A stretch of 64,000 nt of DNA from an uncultured Anaerolineales bacterium (GTDB taxonomy: Bacteria > Chloroflexota > Anaerolineae > Anaerolineales > UBA11858), in the NCBI GenBank assembly GCA_964532455.1, contig CAZHHT010000002.1, positions 183 to 64,182 of the forward strand, in the 5' to 3' direction. Shown here in pieces: positions 42,327-52,528 of the stretch. The notes beneath the pieces were generated by a model. It was not told the origin of the DNA. It made no database searches and saw nothing but the letters and a program-made list of their open reading frames with translations. Each line of letters starts with the position of its first letter. Within the stretch, counting starts at the first letter, position 1. A program made the translations under genes and the position numbers.

Positions 42327-42378
42327 TTTTACTGATAAGATTTTGCACAATCTCTAATCATGGAAAAGGAGACTCAAA

Positions 42379-44334
42379 TTGCGAAAGATACTTAGAGACC
42401 ATTATCTTATCATTATATTAATTGTTATAAACATACTTTTTGCAATCTTTTTCGGAAGCGATTTTGGTGAATCCTGGGATGATCAACCCAGGTACGATGT
42501 CGCCTTGGAGGCAATTGAAAATTTCTCAAGTTTAGAACCATCAAATCGGATTGGTGGGAAAGGCCCGATTTATTACGTAATTGCCAAAATGGGTGGTGAC
42601 CTGATCAGATTGATCAACCCGAGACTAACCCATATTCAGGCTTGGCATTTCATTCATTTTCTTTCTTTTATTCTTGGGGTAATCGCTTTTTACTTAATTT
42701 CTTTGCGGTTTTTGTCCTCAAAGTACGCTTTTGTTGCCACAGTTTTGTTTAATACCCAGCCTGTGTTATTTGGCCATGCCTTCATTAACCCTAAAGATAT
42801 TCCATTTATGTCCTCTTTCCTATTAATCCTGGCTTCTGGTTTTCTGATGGGAGATCAGTATGAAGAAGAGTTTGAAAAATCTAATGTAAAAATGGATCTT
42901 AAACTCCTAAAGAAATATTTTGTCAATGATTGGTCCAAGCTCAAAAGAATTCAGATATTTATTATCTTTCTATTCAGTGCGATATCTTTTACCTCAATTT
43001 CCTTGTTATTATTCCAAAAAGACGAAGTTCAAAGATTAATTCTAAATGAAATCAACCTAATCAAACTACCCATCTTATTTAACCTAGTAGATATAATCGC
43101 ATCCTCTGTCTTAAATGGAACCATATCGGGGGGTATATCACTTCATAATGTTGAAAAAGCATACTCACTATTCGTTGTCATTTGGGGATCTTTTATATCA
43201 TTAGGCTTGATGGTATTGGTTGTTTGCTTATTCCCAAGAATCTTCCTGTTATTCTCTGGTTATTCTTCCAAAAAACAATTCTTATCCGGATTAATGATAG
43301 TGATAAAAACCAGATGGGTTTACATTGCTGCTGTTATTTTGGGTTTATCAATCAACAACCGTTCGCTAAGTATCGCAGCAGGGATGTTCGTCCTATTCTA
43401 TATTTGGATTAAAAAGAGGTTATTCTTTCTCCCGACAATATTGTTATACTTTGGCATTGCTTTTTTAACCCTATATATTACTTGGCCAGGATTGTGGGGA
43501 AACCCTGTTACAGGACTGATGAAAAGTCTGCTAGCTGACACTTCTTTTTCTTGGGGAGGAAGTACATTGTTTAGGGGAAATGCTTATAAGCCAGAAGTAT
43601 TGCCATATTATTATCTTCCTTTTTTGATGGCAATCCAGTTTACTATCCCTGTAATACTCTTAACTGTTCTGGGATTATTTACAATAGTCCGCGATTTCAA
43701 TAAGAACATAATTGATCGTACGCTTTTAATCATATTAGTTGCTTGGTATATGGTGCCAATTGGATTAGCAATTATTGTGAAACCCGCTATATATCATAAT
43801 TTTCGGCATTTCCTATTCATCACACCTCCCATATTTTTCTTCTCGGGGATAGGGATAAAAACAATCCTTAATAATATTTCCCGACGCGCGGTTGCAATTG
43901 TAATCATCTTGATCATGTTAGCCCCAGGTATTATTGGTCTCATCCAGCTTCATCCCTATCAATACATTTATTACAATCAACTTGTCGGTGGAGTGAGGGG
44001 GGCGTTTCGATCATATGAAAATGATTATTGGGTGACATCTTATCAAGAATGTATTAAATATATCAATCAGGTAGCAGATAAACATGATGTAGTTCTTGTT
44101 TATGGTCCAACAGATCTTGTGAAGAATTCCCTCCGGGATGATTTGGAAATTGTCAGTTTTAAAATTAAGAACTATGGGACAGACAAAGATCGTCATTTAA
44201 TTCAAATATCTGATTACGCGATTATTCCAAGTAGGATGAATCATGATCTTATATTCTTTCCTGATAAGGATACGGTTTTTTCAGCTAAAATTTCCGGGGT
44301 GATTTTGTCCATTGTCAAAAACTTGAAAGAATAA
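42379..44334 (+). CDS. GT-C fold glycosyltransferase (ArnT/PMT/YfhO-like)
   Basis: 651 aa with a TTG start after RBS AAAGGAG. An acidic motif (ESWDDQ) sits in the first extracytoplasmic loop, followed by about 13 TM helices and a C-terminal soluble domain of about 100 aa. Codon usage is very AT-rich. Confidence 0.6.
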   Translation: MRKILRDHYLIIILIVINILFAIFFGSDFGESWDDQPRYDVALEAIENFSSLEPSNRIGGKGPIYYVIAKMGGDLIRLINPRLTHIQAWHFIHFLSFILGVIAFYLISLRFLSSKYAFVATVLFNTQPVLFGHAFINPKDIPFMSSFLLILASGFLMGDQYEEEFEKSNVKMDLKLLKKYFVNDWSKLKRIQIFIIFLFSAISFTSISLLLFQKDEVQRLILNEINLIKLPILFNLVDIIASSVLNGTISGGISLHNVEKAYSLFVVIWGSFISLGLMVLVVCLFPRIFLLFSGYSSKKQFLSGLMIVIKTRWVYIAAVILGLSINNRSLSIAAGMFVLFYIWIKKRLFFLPTILLYFGIAFLTLYITWPGLWGNPVTGLMKSLLADTSFSWGGSTLFRGNAYKPEVLPYYYLPFLMAIQFTIPVILLTVLGLFTIVRDFNKNIIDRTLLIILVAWYMVPIGLAIIVKPAIYHNFRHFLFITPPIFFFSGIGIKTILNNISRRAVAIVIILIMLAPGIIGLIQLHPYQYIYYNQLVGGVRGAFRSYENDYWVTSYQECIKYINQVADKHDVVLVYGPTDLVKNSLRDDLEIVSFKIKNYGTDKDRHLIQISDYAIIPSRMNHDLIFFPDKDTVFSAKISGVILSIVKNLKE

Positions 44335-44922
44335 ATATAACTCCCAGCTACAGTTTCATTAGTTGGATACAATAAGTAAGTAGAAAGTATTACTCAGAGG
44401 GCATTCCCAAGTTTCTGGGAATGGACGACAGAATTCTATCCCGGCTTTGCTGTTGCAGATGGCTTTGAAACAAGGAAATATTTAGTAGTTTTCAGCTGGG
44501 ACCTTCGAAGGGTGGTTGGAGCCGAAAGCCAATTGGAGTTTGCTCAAATCCAAACACTACAATCAGGACAAAGTTGATGAGGATTAGTATTATGTAGAGG
44601 GTTTGTCTGGAATACTTATGAATTCTTGCTATAAAGTCCATTTCATTAATTGGTCAAACGTCAAATATTCATCTTGAATTTGGAAAACTATTTTTGAAAA
44701 CCGGAAATCAAATCATAAGTATGTTGAATTAAAAGGATAACAAGCAAGTTCAGTATAGAGTAGTACAGCAAACCTCATACTGTTGCCTTCCATGCCATCT
44801 GTCAACATAGGAATGATTAATACCCAGAAAATAATAATTATTGAAAATAGTTCTTCGTCAGTTGGTTTCCTTTTTTTTCAATCTAAAATGTACTCAAATC
44901 TATAATGTTCCTCATAAGGGAA

Positions 44923-46440
44923 TTAGTGTTCCTCTTCCCTTAAATGAGGGAATAATAATACTTCCCTGATTGTTTGTTGATCTGTAAGCAGCATCACCAG
45001 CCGATCCACACCCATGCCGAAACCTCCACTGGGAGGCATTCCATAGCGCATCGCCTGCAGATAATCTTCATCAAGCGGGTGATGTTCGTCATCAGCTTCC
45101 GAATAAGAGCGGCCCATTTCCAGGAAGCGCTCCTCCTGATCCAGCGGATCATTGATTTCTGTAAACGCGTTGCAGAGCTCGATTCCACCCATAAATCCTT
45201 CAAACCGCTCTACAGTCCCCGGGTCTTCTTCTTTGGTCTTTGCCAGGGGGGAGATTTCTCTCGGATAATCGTATACAAAGGTGGGTTGAATAAAGGTGGT
45301 TTCCAGGAAATGACCCAGAAGATCATCGATAAGCTTGCCGCGGGGAGCTCTAGGATTAAACTCCATATCCAGGGATTTCATTGCTTTGGCAAGATCTGCA
45401 GCAGTTTCGTGTTGATGGATATCAATCCCGGTCTGATCAATAATGCCTTCCCTGAGATCTACTCGCTTCCATGGTTGGTCCAATCGGATTTCCTTTCTGT
45501 TATAAGTAAAAGATTTCGTTCCTAAAACCTCTTCAACCACGAAGGAAAACATCTCTTCCGTAAGCGACATCACATCCTGGTAATCAGCATAAGCCCAGTA
45601 AAATTCCATCTGGGTAAACTCAGGATTGTGCTTAAAAGAAACACCTTCATTTCGAAAATCCCGTCCGATTTCGTACACTTTCTCAAATCCGCCTACCAAC
45701 AATCGTTTTAAGTACAGCTCAAAGGAAATTCTTAGGTAGAGATCTTGTTTAAGTTGGTTGTGATGGGTGATAAACGGCTGCGCGGCTGCTCCGCCATAAA
45801 TGGGCTGAAGGATCGGAGTTTCCACCTCCAGAAATCCCTTTGAGTCCATAAAATGCTGAATTGCCCGGATAGTTTTTGTCCGGATCCGGAATACTTCTCT
45901 CACATCCGGGTTTACGGCCAGGTCTGCATAGCGCTGCCGGTAGCGTGTTTCTGGATCTGTCAGGGTAGCATGTTGGACAATCTCACCATCCACAACTTGG
46001 TCTTTGGCTGCAGGAAGCGGCGTGATTGCTTTTGCCAGCATGGTATATTCTGAGATCCAGAGTGACACTTCCCCCGACCGGGTGCGGAAAACTTTTCCAG
46101 CGGCCTGGATAAAATCCCCCAGATCAAAATGATCCTTAAAGAAATTTAACTGGTCTTCACCGATGTCATTGGCTCTAAAAAAGAGCTGAATTCTTCCTGT
46201 GCCATCTTCGATGTGAGCGAAGGTGATTTTTCCCATCGGACGCACGGACCGGATCCTGCCAGTCAGGATTGCCTGGATTGGCTCATGATCCTGATCTTTT
46301 TCAACCGTCAGGAAAGCCTCGGTCGCTTCCTGAATTGTATGGGTCCGTTTTGCCCGCCTTGGATATGGATCTATACCCAAGTCTTTTAATTGGTTAAGCT
46401 TTTCCAGACGAACTTTTTCCAGGTTGGAATAATCTGCCAT
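44923..46440 (-). CDS. lysS: Lysine--tRNA ligase, class II
   Basis: OB-fold N-terminal domain and class II motifs (FRNEG...; GGFGMGVDRLVMLL); 505 aa. Confidence 0.92.
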   Translation of the reverse strand: MADYSNLEKVRLEKLNQLKDLGIDPYPRRAKRTHTIQEATEAFLTVEKDQDHEPIQAILTGRIRSVRPMGKITFAHIEDGTGRIQLFFRANDIGEDQLNFFKDHFDLGDFIQAAGKVFRTRSGEVSLWISEYTMLAKAITPLPAAKDQVVDGEIVQHATLTDPETRYRQRYADLAVNPDVREVFRIRTKTIRAIQHFMDSKGFLEVETPILQPIYGGAAAQPFITHHNQLKQDLYLRISFELYLKRLLVGGFEKVYEIGRDFRNEGVSFKHNPEFTQMEFYWAYADYQDVMSLTEEMFSFVVEEVLGTKSFTYNRKEIRLDQPWKRVDLREGIIDQTGIDIHQHETAADLAKAMKSLDMEFNPRAPRGKLIDDLLGHFLETTFIQPTFVYDYPREISPLAKTKEEDPGTVERFEGFMGGIELCNAFTEINDPLDQEERFLEMGRSYSEADDEHHPLDEDYLQAMRYGMPPSGGFGMGVDRLVMLLTDQQTIREVLLFPHLREEEH

Positions 46441-46457
46441 AAGTACTTCCTTGTGAT

Positions 46458-46491
46458 AAAAAAACCCCGTGCGGTGTTTCAGCGCACGGGG
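46458..46491 (-). terminator. Rho-independent terminator after greA
   Basis: ccccgtgcg / cgcacgggg 9-bp stem with a 9-nt loop, followed by TTTTTTT on the minus strand. Confidence 0.75.
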
Positions 46492-46511
46492 GAGAATTCA
46501 AATCAAACGGT

Positions 46512-46979
46512 TCAGCCAATTTTCAGGATTTTCACCGTGAAGACCCCTCCCGGGGCAAGAACATCCACCTTGTCCCCTTTAGCATGTCCCATTAACGCGT
46601 TTCCTAACGGTGATTCGTAGGAAATTTTCCCTTCCACGATATCGGATTCCGCGCGACCGACAACTATGTAAGTTTCCTTCTCTTTGTCAGTTGTTTCAAT
46701 CGTTACTTTGGTCCCTATCTGAACAATATCGGTTTTTGACAGGTCATCAACGATTTCAGCCTGCGCAAGAATACTCTGCAGATATTGGATACGGCCTTCT
46801 ATAAAGGCCTGGGCATTTTTTGCCGCCTCAACTTCCACGTCTGCATCCACGCCGAGAGGACTGCCATCCAGGGCTTCTCTCAACCGGTCAGCGACTTCCT
46901 GCCTTCTTTCCGATCGGAGGTTTTCAAGTTCTGTCTTTAGTTTATCATACCCCTCTTGGGTTAATAACGATGGTGCCAT
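46512..46979 (-). CDS. greA: Transcription elongation factor GreA
   Basis: LTQEGYDKLKTELENLRS...R.EV...L coiled-coil N-terminus and the C-terminal SYESPLGNALMGHAKGD motif. Confidence 0.9.
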   Translation of the reverse strand: MAPSLLTQEGYDKLKTELENLRSERRQEVADRLREALDGSPLGVDADVEVEAAKNAQAFIEGRIQYLQSILAQAEIVDDLSKTDIVQIGTKVTIETTDKEKETYIVVGRAESDIVEGKISYESPLGNALMGHAKGDKVDVLAPGGVFTVKILKIG

Positions 46980-47133
46980 AAGGTTTTCCTGCACTTTCCC
47001 GGGATTTCGTTTATTAATAGAAAAAGAGCTTTTATAAGAGATGTTACACTCTTAAAAGCCCTACCCTGTGAAAAGTGGGGTTATTTTATCATAGACAATC
47101 TAAGCCTGCAAGGGAGTAAAACATCCTTATAAA

Positions 47134-47883
47134 TCAATTTTCTTCTACCGTTTTCCACAATCTTACACCCCCCATAGTAGCTGAATATGCCTTGATTTCT
47201 CTCTTTAATGCCTCCTCATTCTCCCAAAAAATGGAGGTTTGGGATTGATAAGACTGTGAAGCCTCTTGCCAGCCCTGATTCCCATTTTCGGAAATAAGGA
47301 AGACCTCCTCTTCCCACTCTGCGGATCCCGCCATAAAATTCAGGATTTCTTTTCCATCAGTCTCCCTGGCATATGGGTAATCTGCATAGTAATAGAGAGG
47401 AATTCCCAATCGACTGGCGGCTTTCCGAGTTAAATCGTGATCTACATGATTTCCAATGCCAAGCGGGGCAACTGTCTGAGCATTGACGGGCAGCTGGTCT
47501 TTCAACTTTTCAGTCAGGGTATTAATTAAGTTTACCTCTCCCGGATCCAATCCACCAAATATATCCTGATCACTTAGATAATAATAATTACCTGAGTCTG
47601 ATTTTCGATAGATGCAATCTAAATATGAAAAATAACGGGGAACTGCTCCAACAATCTGACTGGCCTCCCGATCCTCTTCTCTGCGGACCCGGATTGCATT
47701 CTCCTCTATCCCCCAATTTTGATGCAGGGTTTCAGCAAAGGATGATAATGGTTCATCTGGGGGATCAGCAGCACAAATGGTCCAAATTTCAACTTCCTCA
47801 CCTGCCCGGGTTTGTTCCCAAATTAATCCGCCGCAGGAGAAAATTGCATCATCTAAATGAGGTGAGAGATAAATCCATTTCAT
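47134..47883 (-). CDS. PIG-L/LmbE family N-acetylglucosaminyl deacetylase
   Basis: LSPHLDDAIFSCGG and GNHVDH motifs. Confidence 0.75.
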   Translation of the reverse strand: MKWIYLSPHLDDAIFSCGGLIWEQTRAGEEVEIWTICAADPPDEPLSSFAETLHQNWGIEENAIRVRREEDREASQIVGAVPRYFSYLDCIYRKSDSGNYYYLSDQDIFGGLDPGEVNLINTLTEKLKDQLPVNAQTVAPLGIGNHVDHDLTRKAASRLGIPLYYYADYPYARETDGKEILNFMAGSAEWEEEVFLISENGNQGWQEASQSYQSQTSIFWENEEALKREIKAYSATMGGVRLWKTVEEN

Positions 47884-47901
47884 AGTTAATTTGTATCACA
47901 T

Positions 47902-50262
47902 TCAATCCAACTTTTCTACCTGGATCCACATCTGCACTCCGTCAGTTGTAATCTGTATCGACCCATGTTGATCTGTCCGTAGCAAGGAATATCCCGCCAG
48001 CCGATCAATCAATCCTCTATCCGGAAGCCCCTGACTGTCTTTTATCCCCACACTTAATAAAAAGCTCTGGGGATTCAGGTTTCTGATCCACTTAGAAGGA
48101 TTGCTGGACTGGTACCCGTTATCTGCCAGCAGGAATAAGGTCACCTCTCCCAAATCACGCCCCATTCTCACTTCCTCCCGATATTCTTCCATGATTCCAA
48201 AAGGAAATATGGCTCGAAAGTGTTTATATTCAACCAGGAGAGTTCCTCCTCGACGGCTTTCAGAAAGCACTGTTATTTTTGCGCCATCGCCCAATTCCAG
48301 AACCTGTCCGGGTTCCCCGTAGGTTGTCCGAATATTATTCTTCTCTAATTCGTTTCTCAGGTTTTCCGCTTCCCAGCAGAGAGAATCTGCACCCAACCAG
48401 TACACTTCATCCGGCGGAAAACGAGGAAGAATTACAGCAAGAGCATCGATGTCCTGTTCCAGAGGAGAGGCAATCAGAAGATAATTCAGCTCTCTTCGGA
48501 AGGGAGGTTGTCTGCGTCCCAGGTGATCGGACAAGCGTTTTGGGCTGGGACCTCCATTAATTAGTACTTTTTGTCCTGAAGGAGTAACGACATATACCGC
48601 GCTACCGGTCCCTACATCCAGTAAGAAAATGTGCAGCATTCCATCCGGAGCGTTGAATACTGACCGCCAACTTACTATCAAGGCTAAACCCAAGCCAGCT
48701 GCAATCAGCGATGGGGTTAAGGCAGCGGTGATCCGGGTTAAAAGAGTTCCTCCAAAGGTTACAACTGCCAAAACCAGGTAAATCAATACAACCCATCCTC
48801 TCCCCACTTCTCCAGTATAAAAGGTTTTGAAAGGCATTGTGCTGAACCACTCCACTACCCGAATTGTGTAGAGCACAAAAGGATAAACCAGCGGTGCAGT
48901 TACCTTGCCCAATGGGAACCAGATCAATCCCAGAATTAACGCTAATCCCCCTGCCAGCATAATAGGCGGCTGTACCGGAAGAATTGCTGGATTCGCCAGG
49001 AAGGTACTGAGGGAAAATGAATGAAAATGGAACAACATGACCGGAAAGGTTGCCAGCTGCGCTGCAAAAGTAAACAAAACGTATTCACTAACCGGCTGAG
49101 TGATTCGTTGAGCAGTTTCCAAGGGCAGGATCCTGGATGAGAATTCTAAAAATTTTTGAGAAAATGGATCAGCATATAAGATCAATCCTAAAGTCGCAGA
49201 GAGAGAAAGCTGGTACGAGATATCCCAGGGAAGTTGGGGATTAAACAGAATCATGATCAGGCTCGCCAGCGCAGCTGCATTTATCCCATGCTGGCGCCTT
49301 CCGATTTGTTGGGCAAAGATTGACAAACCACCCATCACGGCTGCTCTGATAACTGCGGCATCTGCGCATACCAGCAGGGTATAAACCCCAATCCCGAGTA
49401 CAGCTGCAATAGCTCCTTGGCGGGGATTTAGCAGCCGGCTAAAAAATCGAGAAAACAATCCTGCCACAATGGTGATGTTAAACCCGGAAATGGCAATAAT
49501 ATGTGAAGTCCCAGTATCCCGGAAAGCCTGCTGTACTTGATCAGGAATCCCGGTTTCAACCCCCAATAAGATTCCCGCCAGCAGGGAAGCTTCTGGATCA
49601 GGCCAAAGCTTGTATAAAACAGCCATTGCCCTGGATTTCAGCCTAAAGATGCCCCGCATCAGAATATTCCCCTGGCCAGACTCCACTATTTCAACTTCCG
49701 CATTGGGCAGATAAACATAGATACCCTGGCGCTTCAGATAATCCCGATACGAAAACCCTTCTCCTTCAGGCGGTGTTTCCAGATATCCAGTCAGGATAAC
49801 TCGATCTCCGTACTGAACCTGTTCTTCTACTTGAATTTTAGCTAACAGCAGCCCCTGGACACTGAGAGTCTCTCCGTCCTTGGTAATTTGAATATATTCA
49901 GTTTTTACACGGAGATTGGTCACCTGATCTCGAGAATCCGGAAAATCAATTATCAAGCCAGTAAGAGTTGCTTGTGAATCTTTGTCGGCATAATTTGTTA
50001 GATAGTCTGGATTTTGGAAATCCGGCAGTGCTAAAAGATACCGGACGCCACCGGCAGTAAATGCTAAAAAAAGGCTGAGGATCAAGACCTTAGGTACGTT
50101 TGACAATCTCTGGTGACCGGGAAATTTTAGCCAAAGAAGGCTGCCCAGCAGCAGACTGCCTCCCACCCCAAAAAGAATCCAGGCAAAGATACCCCGGGAA
50201 AGGGCATCAGCTGCTATGACTCCCGCAAAAAAAGAGCTGGTTATCCAAATAATTGGCATCAA
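47902..50262 (-). CDS. comEC: DNA internalisation competence protein ComEC/Rec2 with a degenerate C-terminal MBL domain
   Basis: DUF4131-like N-terminus, the polytopic competence domain (TSHIIAISGFNI) and a C-terminal LLDVGTGSAVYV...LINGG metallo-beta-lactamase-like domain. Confidence 0.8.
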   Translation of the reverse strand: MMPIIWITSSFFAGVIAADALSRGIFAWILFGVGGSLLLGSLLWLKFPGHQRLSNVPKVLILSLFLAFTAGGVRYLLALPDFQNPDYLTNYADKDSQATLTGLIIDFPDSRDQVTNLRVKTEYIQITKDGETLSVQGLLLAKIQVEEQVQYGDRVILTGYLETPPEGEGFSYRDYLKRQGIYVYLPNAEVEIVESGQGNILMRGIFRLKSRAMAVLYKLWPDPEASLLAGILLGVETGIPDQVQQAFRDTGTSHIIAISGFNITIVAGLFSRFFSRLLNPRQGAIAAVLGIGVYTLLVCADAAVIRAAVMGGLSIFAQQIGRRQHGINAAALASLIMILFNPQLPWDISYQLSLSATLGLILYADPFSQKFLEFSSRILPLETAQRITQPVSEYVLFTFAAQLATFPVMLFHFHSFSLSTFLANPAILPVQPPIMLAGGLALILGLIWFPLGKVTAPLVYPFVLYTIRVVEWFSTMPFKTFYTGEVGRGWVVLIYLVLAVVTFGGTLLTRITAALTPSLIAAGLGLALIVSWRSVFNAPDGMLHIFLLDVGTGSAVYVVTPSGQKVLINGGPSPKRLSDHLGRRQPPFRRELNYLLIASPLEQDIDALAVILPRFPPDEVYWLGADSLCWEAENLRNELEKNNIRTTYGEPGQVLELGDGAKITVLSESRRGGTLLVEYKHFRAIFPFGIMEEYREEVRMGRDLGEVTLFLLADNGYQSSNPSKWIRNLNPQSFLLSVGIKDSQGLPDRGLIDRLAGYSLLRTDQHGSIQITTDGVQMWIQVEKLD

Positions 50263-50329
50263 TTTCCCCCACCACCGTGAACTTAAATAACAAATCCCCC
50301 TAAAACCTCGAAATTTGCTGCCTCAGATT

Positions 50330-50851
50330 CTATTCAATATTTACGAGGATAAAATTATCCCGTAGAACACGCTTCTCATCGTTTGCTTCATTGGCCCGAT
50401 ACATCAACTGCTGCGCTAGAATCGCTGTTCCAAACACAAACAGGCGCCTGGGTGAGGGGTTTTCTTCCTGCAAGATTACCTCATCCGGGATTTTTAGTCT
50501 TTTACAGAGGTTTCTAATTTCCATTTCCGCGAAGTTGCCCTCCCCCATATCACGAATAAATCGGTTCCGTATGTGCCAGATCAAGACCAGGTCATGATAC
50601 TCTGTTCTGCTGATTAAACCAAATCCAAAGGCTGCTTTGATTCGCGCTTCAAAAGTACCCAGCGGATTTTCTTCCCCCAGCAGCATCTTGGAAATCTTTT
50701 CGTCTTCAATTATGAAACACTCAAGCAGCCGAGAAAGATGGGTATTCAAATAGGTGGTCCCTAGAATTGCTACAGCCCGGTCACTTTTCTTTTGAAATTC
50801 ATTAACCAGCCGCTTCCATTCCCGAATAGATCCGGTTTTTTTGTCTTCCAT
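50330..50851 (-). CDS. Hypothetical all-helical protein (MtlR/DUF4145-like resemblance)
   Basis: 173-aa ORF. The pattern ...PLGTFEARIKAAFGFGLISRTEYHDLVLIWHIRNRF resembles mannitol-repressor-like domains. The assignment is weak. Confidence 0.35.
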   Translation of the reverse strand: MEDKKTGSIREWKRLVNEFQKKSDRAVAILGTTYLNTHLSRLLECFIIEDEKISKMLLGEENPLGTFEARIKAAFGFGLISRTEYHDLVLIWHIRNRFIRDMGEGNFAEMEIRNLCKRLKIPDEVILQEENPSPRRLFVFGTAILAQQLMYRANEANDEKRVLRDNFILVNIE

Positions 50852-50898
50852 CTTTACTTTCCTCAGGAAAAACGATCAGTTTTTATCAGTTCTATTTA

Positions 50899-52047
50899 TT
50901 ATACATGACAACTTGGGTTCAGGGCTAGTATGAACTGCACTCCTATCGAATTTGTTCTGCGGATTTTCCCTTCACTGAAGATCCATTCAAATTCTCTTAA
51001 AAAAATCTCTCCAACCTGCTCACTGTGAATCACCAACGTGTTCTCATCGTTTTTTGTTTCTGCACTGCGGGTGAGATTGTAGGAACCGGTGACCACAATC
51101 CGTCCATCCAGGATAATCACTTTATGGTGCATCTTTTCCGGATGCCCATCTAATAGAACCTCCAAGTTATGGTCCCGCAATCTGCTGTATTCAGATCCCA
51201 ATCCTGAACGCTCCTGGTAGGCATCAACCACACCCCGGATAATAATACCCTGGTCTGCCTGATAGATAAGCGCATCGGCAATTGCGTCTGAGGTGAATGC
51301 ATAAAACATAAAATCAATCGACCGCTCCGCTTCCAGTATCAGCTCGATAATCCGTGCAGCAGTGGAATCGTCCGGTGAAAAATAAGTTTCTATCTGTATA
51401 CTGTCAATAGTTATTACCGGATGGGGTGTGTTTTCCAGGATTATTTCTCCAAAAAACCCTTCCAAGTACATTTCTTCAAACTCTGCCGTGTAATTTTCCG
51501 CCACCAGTACAGAACGGATGCGTACCAGATTATTAAGGTGGCGATAAGCGCCATTTAGGGTCATGTTCATCGAGCCAGTCCAAACTTCTTTCTGGTCAAT
51601 GATAATAAATTTATTGTGCATTAATCCTTCAGCCTGATCTGGAATAACCGGGATTCCAGTAATTATTAACTCCTGGATCTCCGGCCGGTCTATTGAATCC
51701 TCTTCCACCACTATCCTGACAACTACTCCCCTTTGATAAGCCCGAATCAACGCATTCTTGATTGTCCACAAGTTAAGATCATACAAAGCCGCGTCAATTT
51801 GATACCGGGCGTCATCCAGTGAGTCGGCCAGCAGTCGGTCTGGTCCGCCCCGGAAATTATCATTTGCTGGCGCAGTAAAATAGACACTGAAAAGCTGATT
51901 GGGAGAAAAAAACCCCGCAGGCGTGGTACTGGGAACAGGATCCAGCCAACTGGCGTCATCCGGGCTGCATGCTCCAAAGCCAATAGCCAGGCAAAAAAAC
52001 AACCCAATATAAAGGACTAGTTCTTTTTTTACTTTCCTGAAATTCAA
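50899..52047 (-). CDS. Secreted phospholipase D-superfamily lipoprotein with two HKD motifs
   Basis: MHNKFIIID...GSMNMT and MHHKVIILD...GSYNLT motifs, and lipobox GFGAC. The start is taken at the TTG at 52047, 5 nt after GAGGGGGG, which avoids overlap with yjbQ. Confidence 0.75.
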   Translation of the reverse strand: MNFRKVKKELVLYIGLFFCLAIGFGACSPDDASWLDPVPSTTPAGFFSPNQLFSVYFTAPANDNFRGGPDRLLADSLDDARYQIDAALYDLNLWTIKNALIRAYQRGVVVRIVVEEDSIDRPEIQELIITGIPVIPDQAEGLMHNKFIIIDQKEVWTGSMNMTLNGAYRHLNNLVRIRSVLVAENYTAEFEEMYLEGFFGEIILENTPHPVITIDSIQIETYFSPDDSTAARIIELILEAERSIDFMFYAFTSDAIADALIYQADQGIIIRGVVDAYQERSGLGSEYSRLRDHNLEVLLDGHPEKMHHKVIILDGRIVVTGSYNLTRSAETKNDENTLVIHSEQVGEIFLREFEWIFSEGKIRRTNSIGVQFILALNPSCHV

Positions 52048-52057
52048 TCTACCCCCC

Positions 52058-52501
52058 TCAGGCTGCTGATAAACAGCGGATGAGCACACTTCTCCGGTGA
52101 GGTTGATTCCTATGTTCAAACAGATATACCCCCTGCCAGGTCCCGAGATGAAGCTCTCCCCCATCGATAGGAATGCTTAAACTGGTTGCAGTCAATATGG
52201 ATCTCATGTGGGATGGAGAATCATCCCTGCCTTCCAGCGTATGACGGTACCAGGATTCCCCTTCGGGCACAAGATGTTCTAAAAATACTTCCAAATCTTG
52301 TCTGGCTGTTGGATCATAACTCTCACTGATCACCAGGGATGCGCTGGTATGAGGAATAAATAAATGGCAAACCCCTTCCTTTATTGCCCAATCCTGGATC
52401 AAAGGGGAAATTTGGTGCGTAATTGGATAAAGTCCTTTCCCCCGGGTTTCTATTTGTATCGTTTCTTTATACCAATTCACAATCTTCCCTCCCTCTTCCA
52501 A
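52058..52501 (-). CDS. yjbQ: YjbQ/UPF0047 family protein (secondary thiamine-phosphate synthase)
   Basis: GVCHLFIPHTSASLVISE...D and LGTWQGVYLFEHR motifs. Confidence 0.85.
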   Translation of the reverse strand: MEEGGKIVNWYKETIQIETRGKGLYPITHQISPLIQDWAIKEGVCHLFIPHTSASLVISESYDPTARQDLEVFLEHLVPEGESWYRHTLEGRDDSPSHMRSILTATSLSIPIDGGELHLGTWQGVYLFEHRNQPHRRSVLIRCLSAA

Positions 52502-52528
52502 TTGTACCGGAAAATGGGAATAGAATCT

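Noticed and set aside
44335-44922. Hidden gene or tRNA in the 588-bp AT-rich gap between the GT-C gene and lysS
   Set aside because: It holds only short open stretches without starts, plus one 8-bp hairpin (44402-44424) with no T-run. I treat it as island-border or relic DNA, not as a feature.
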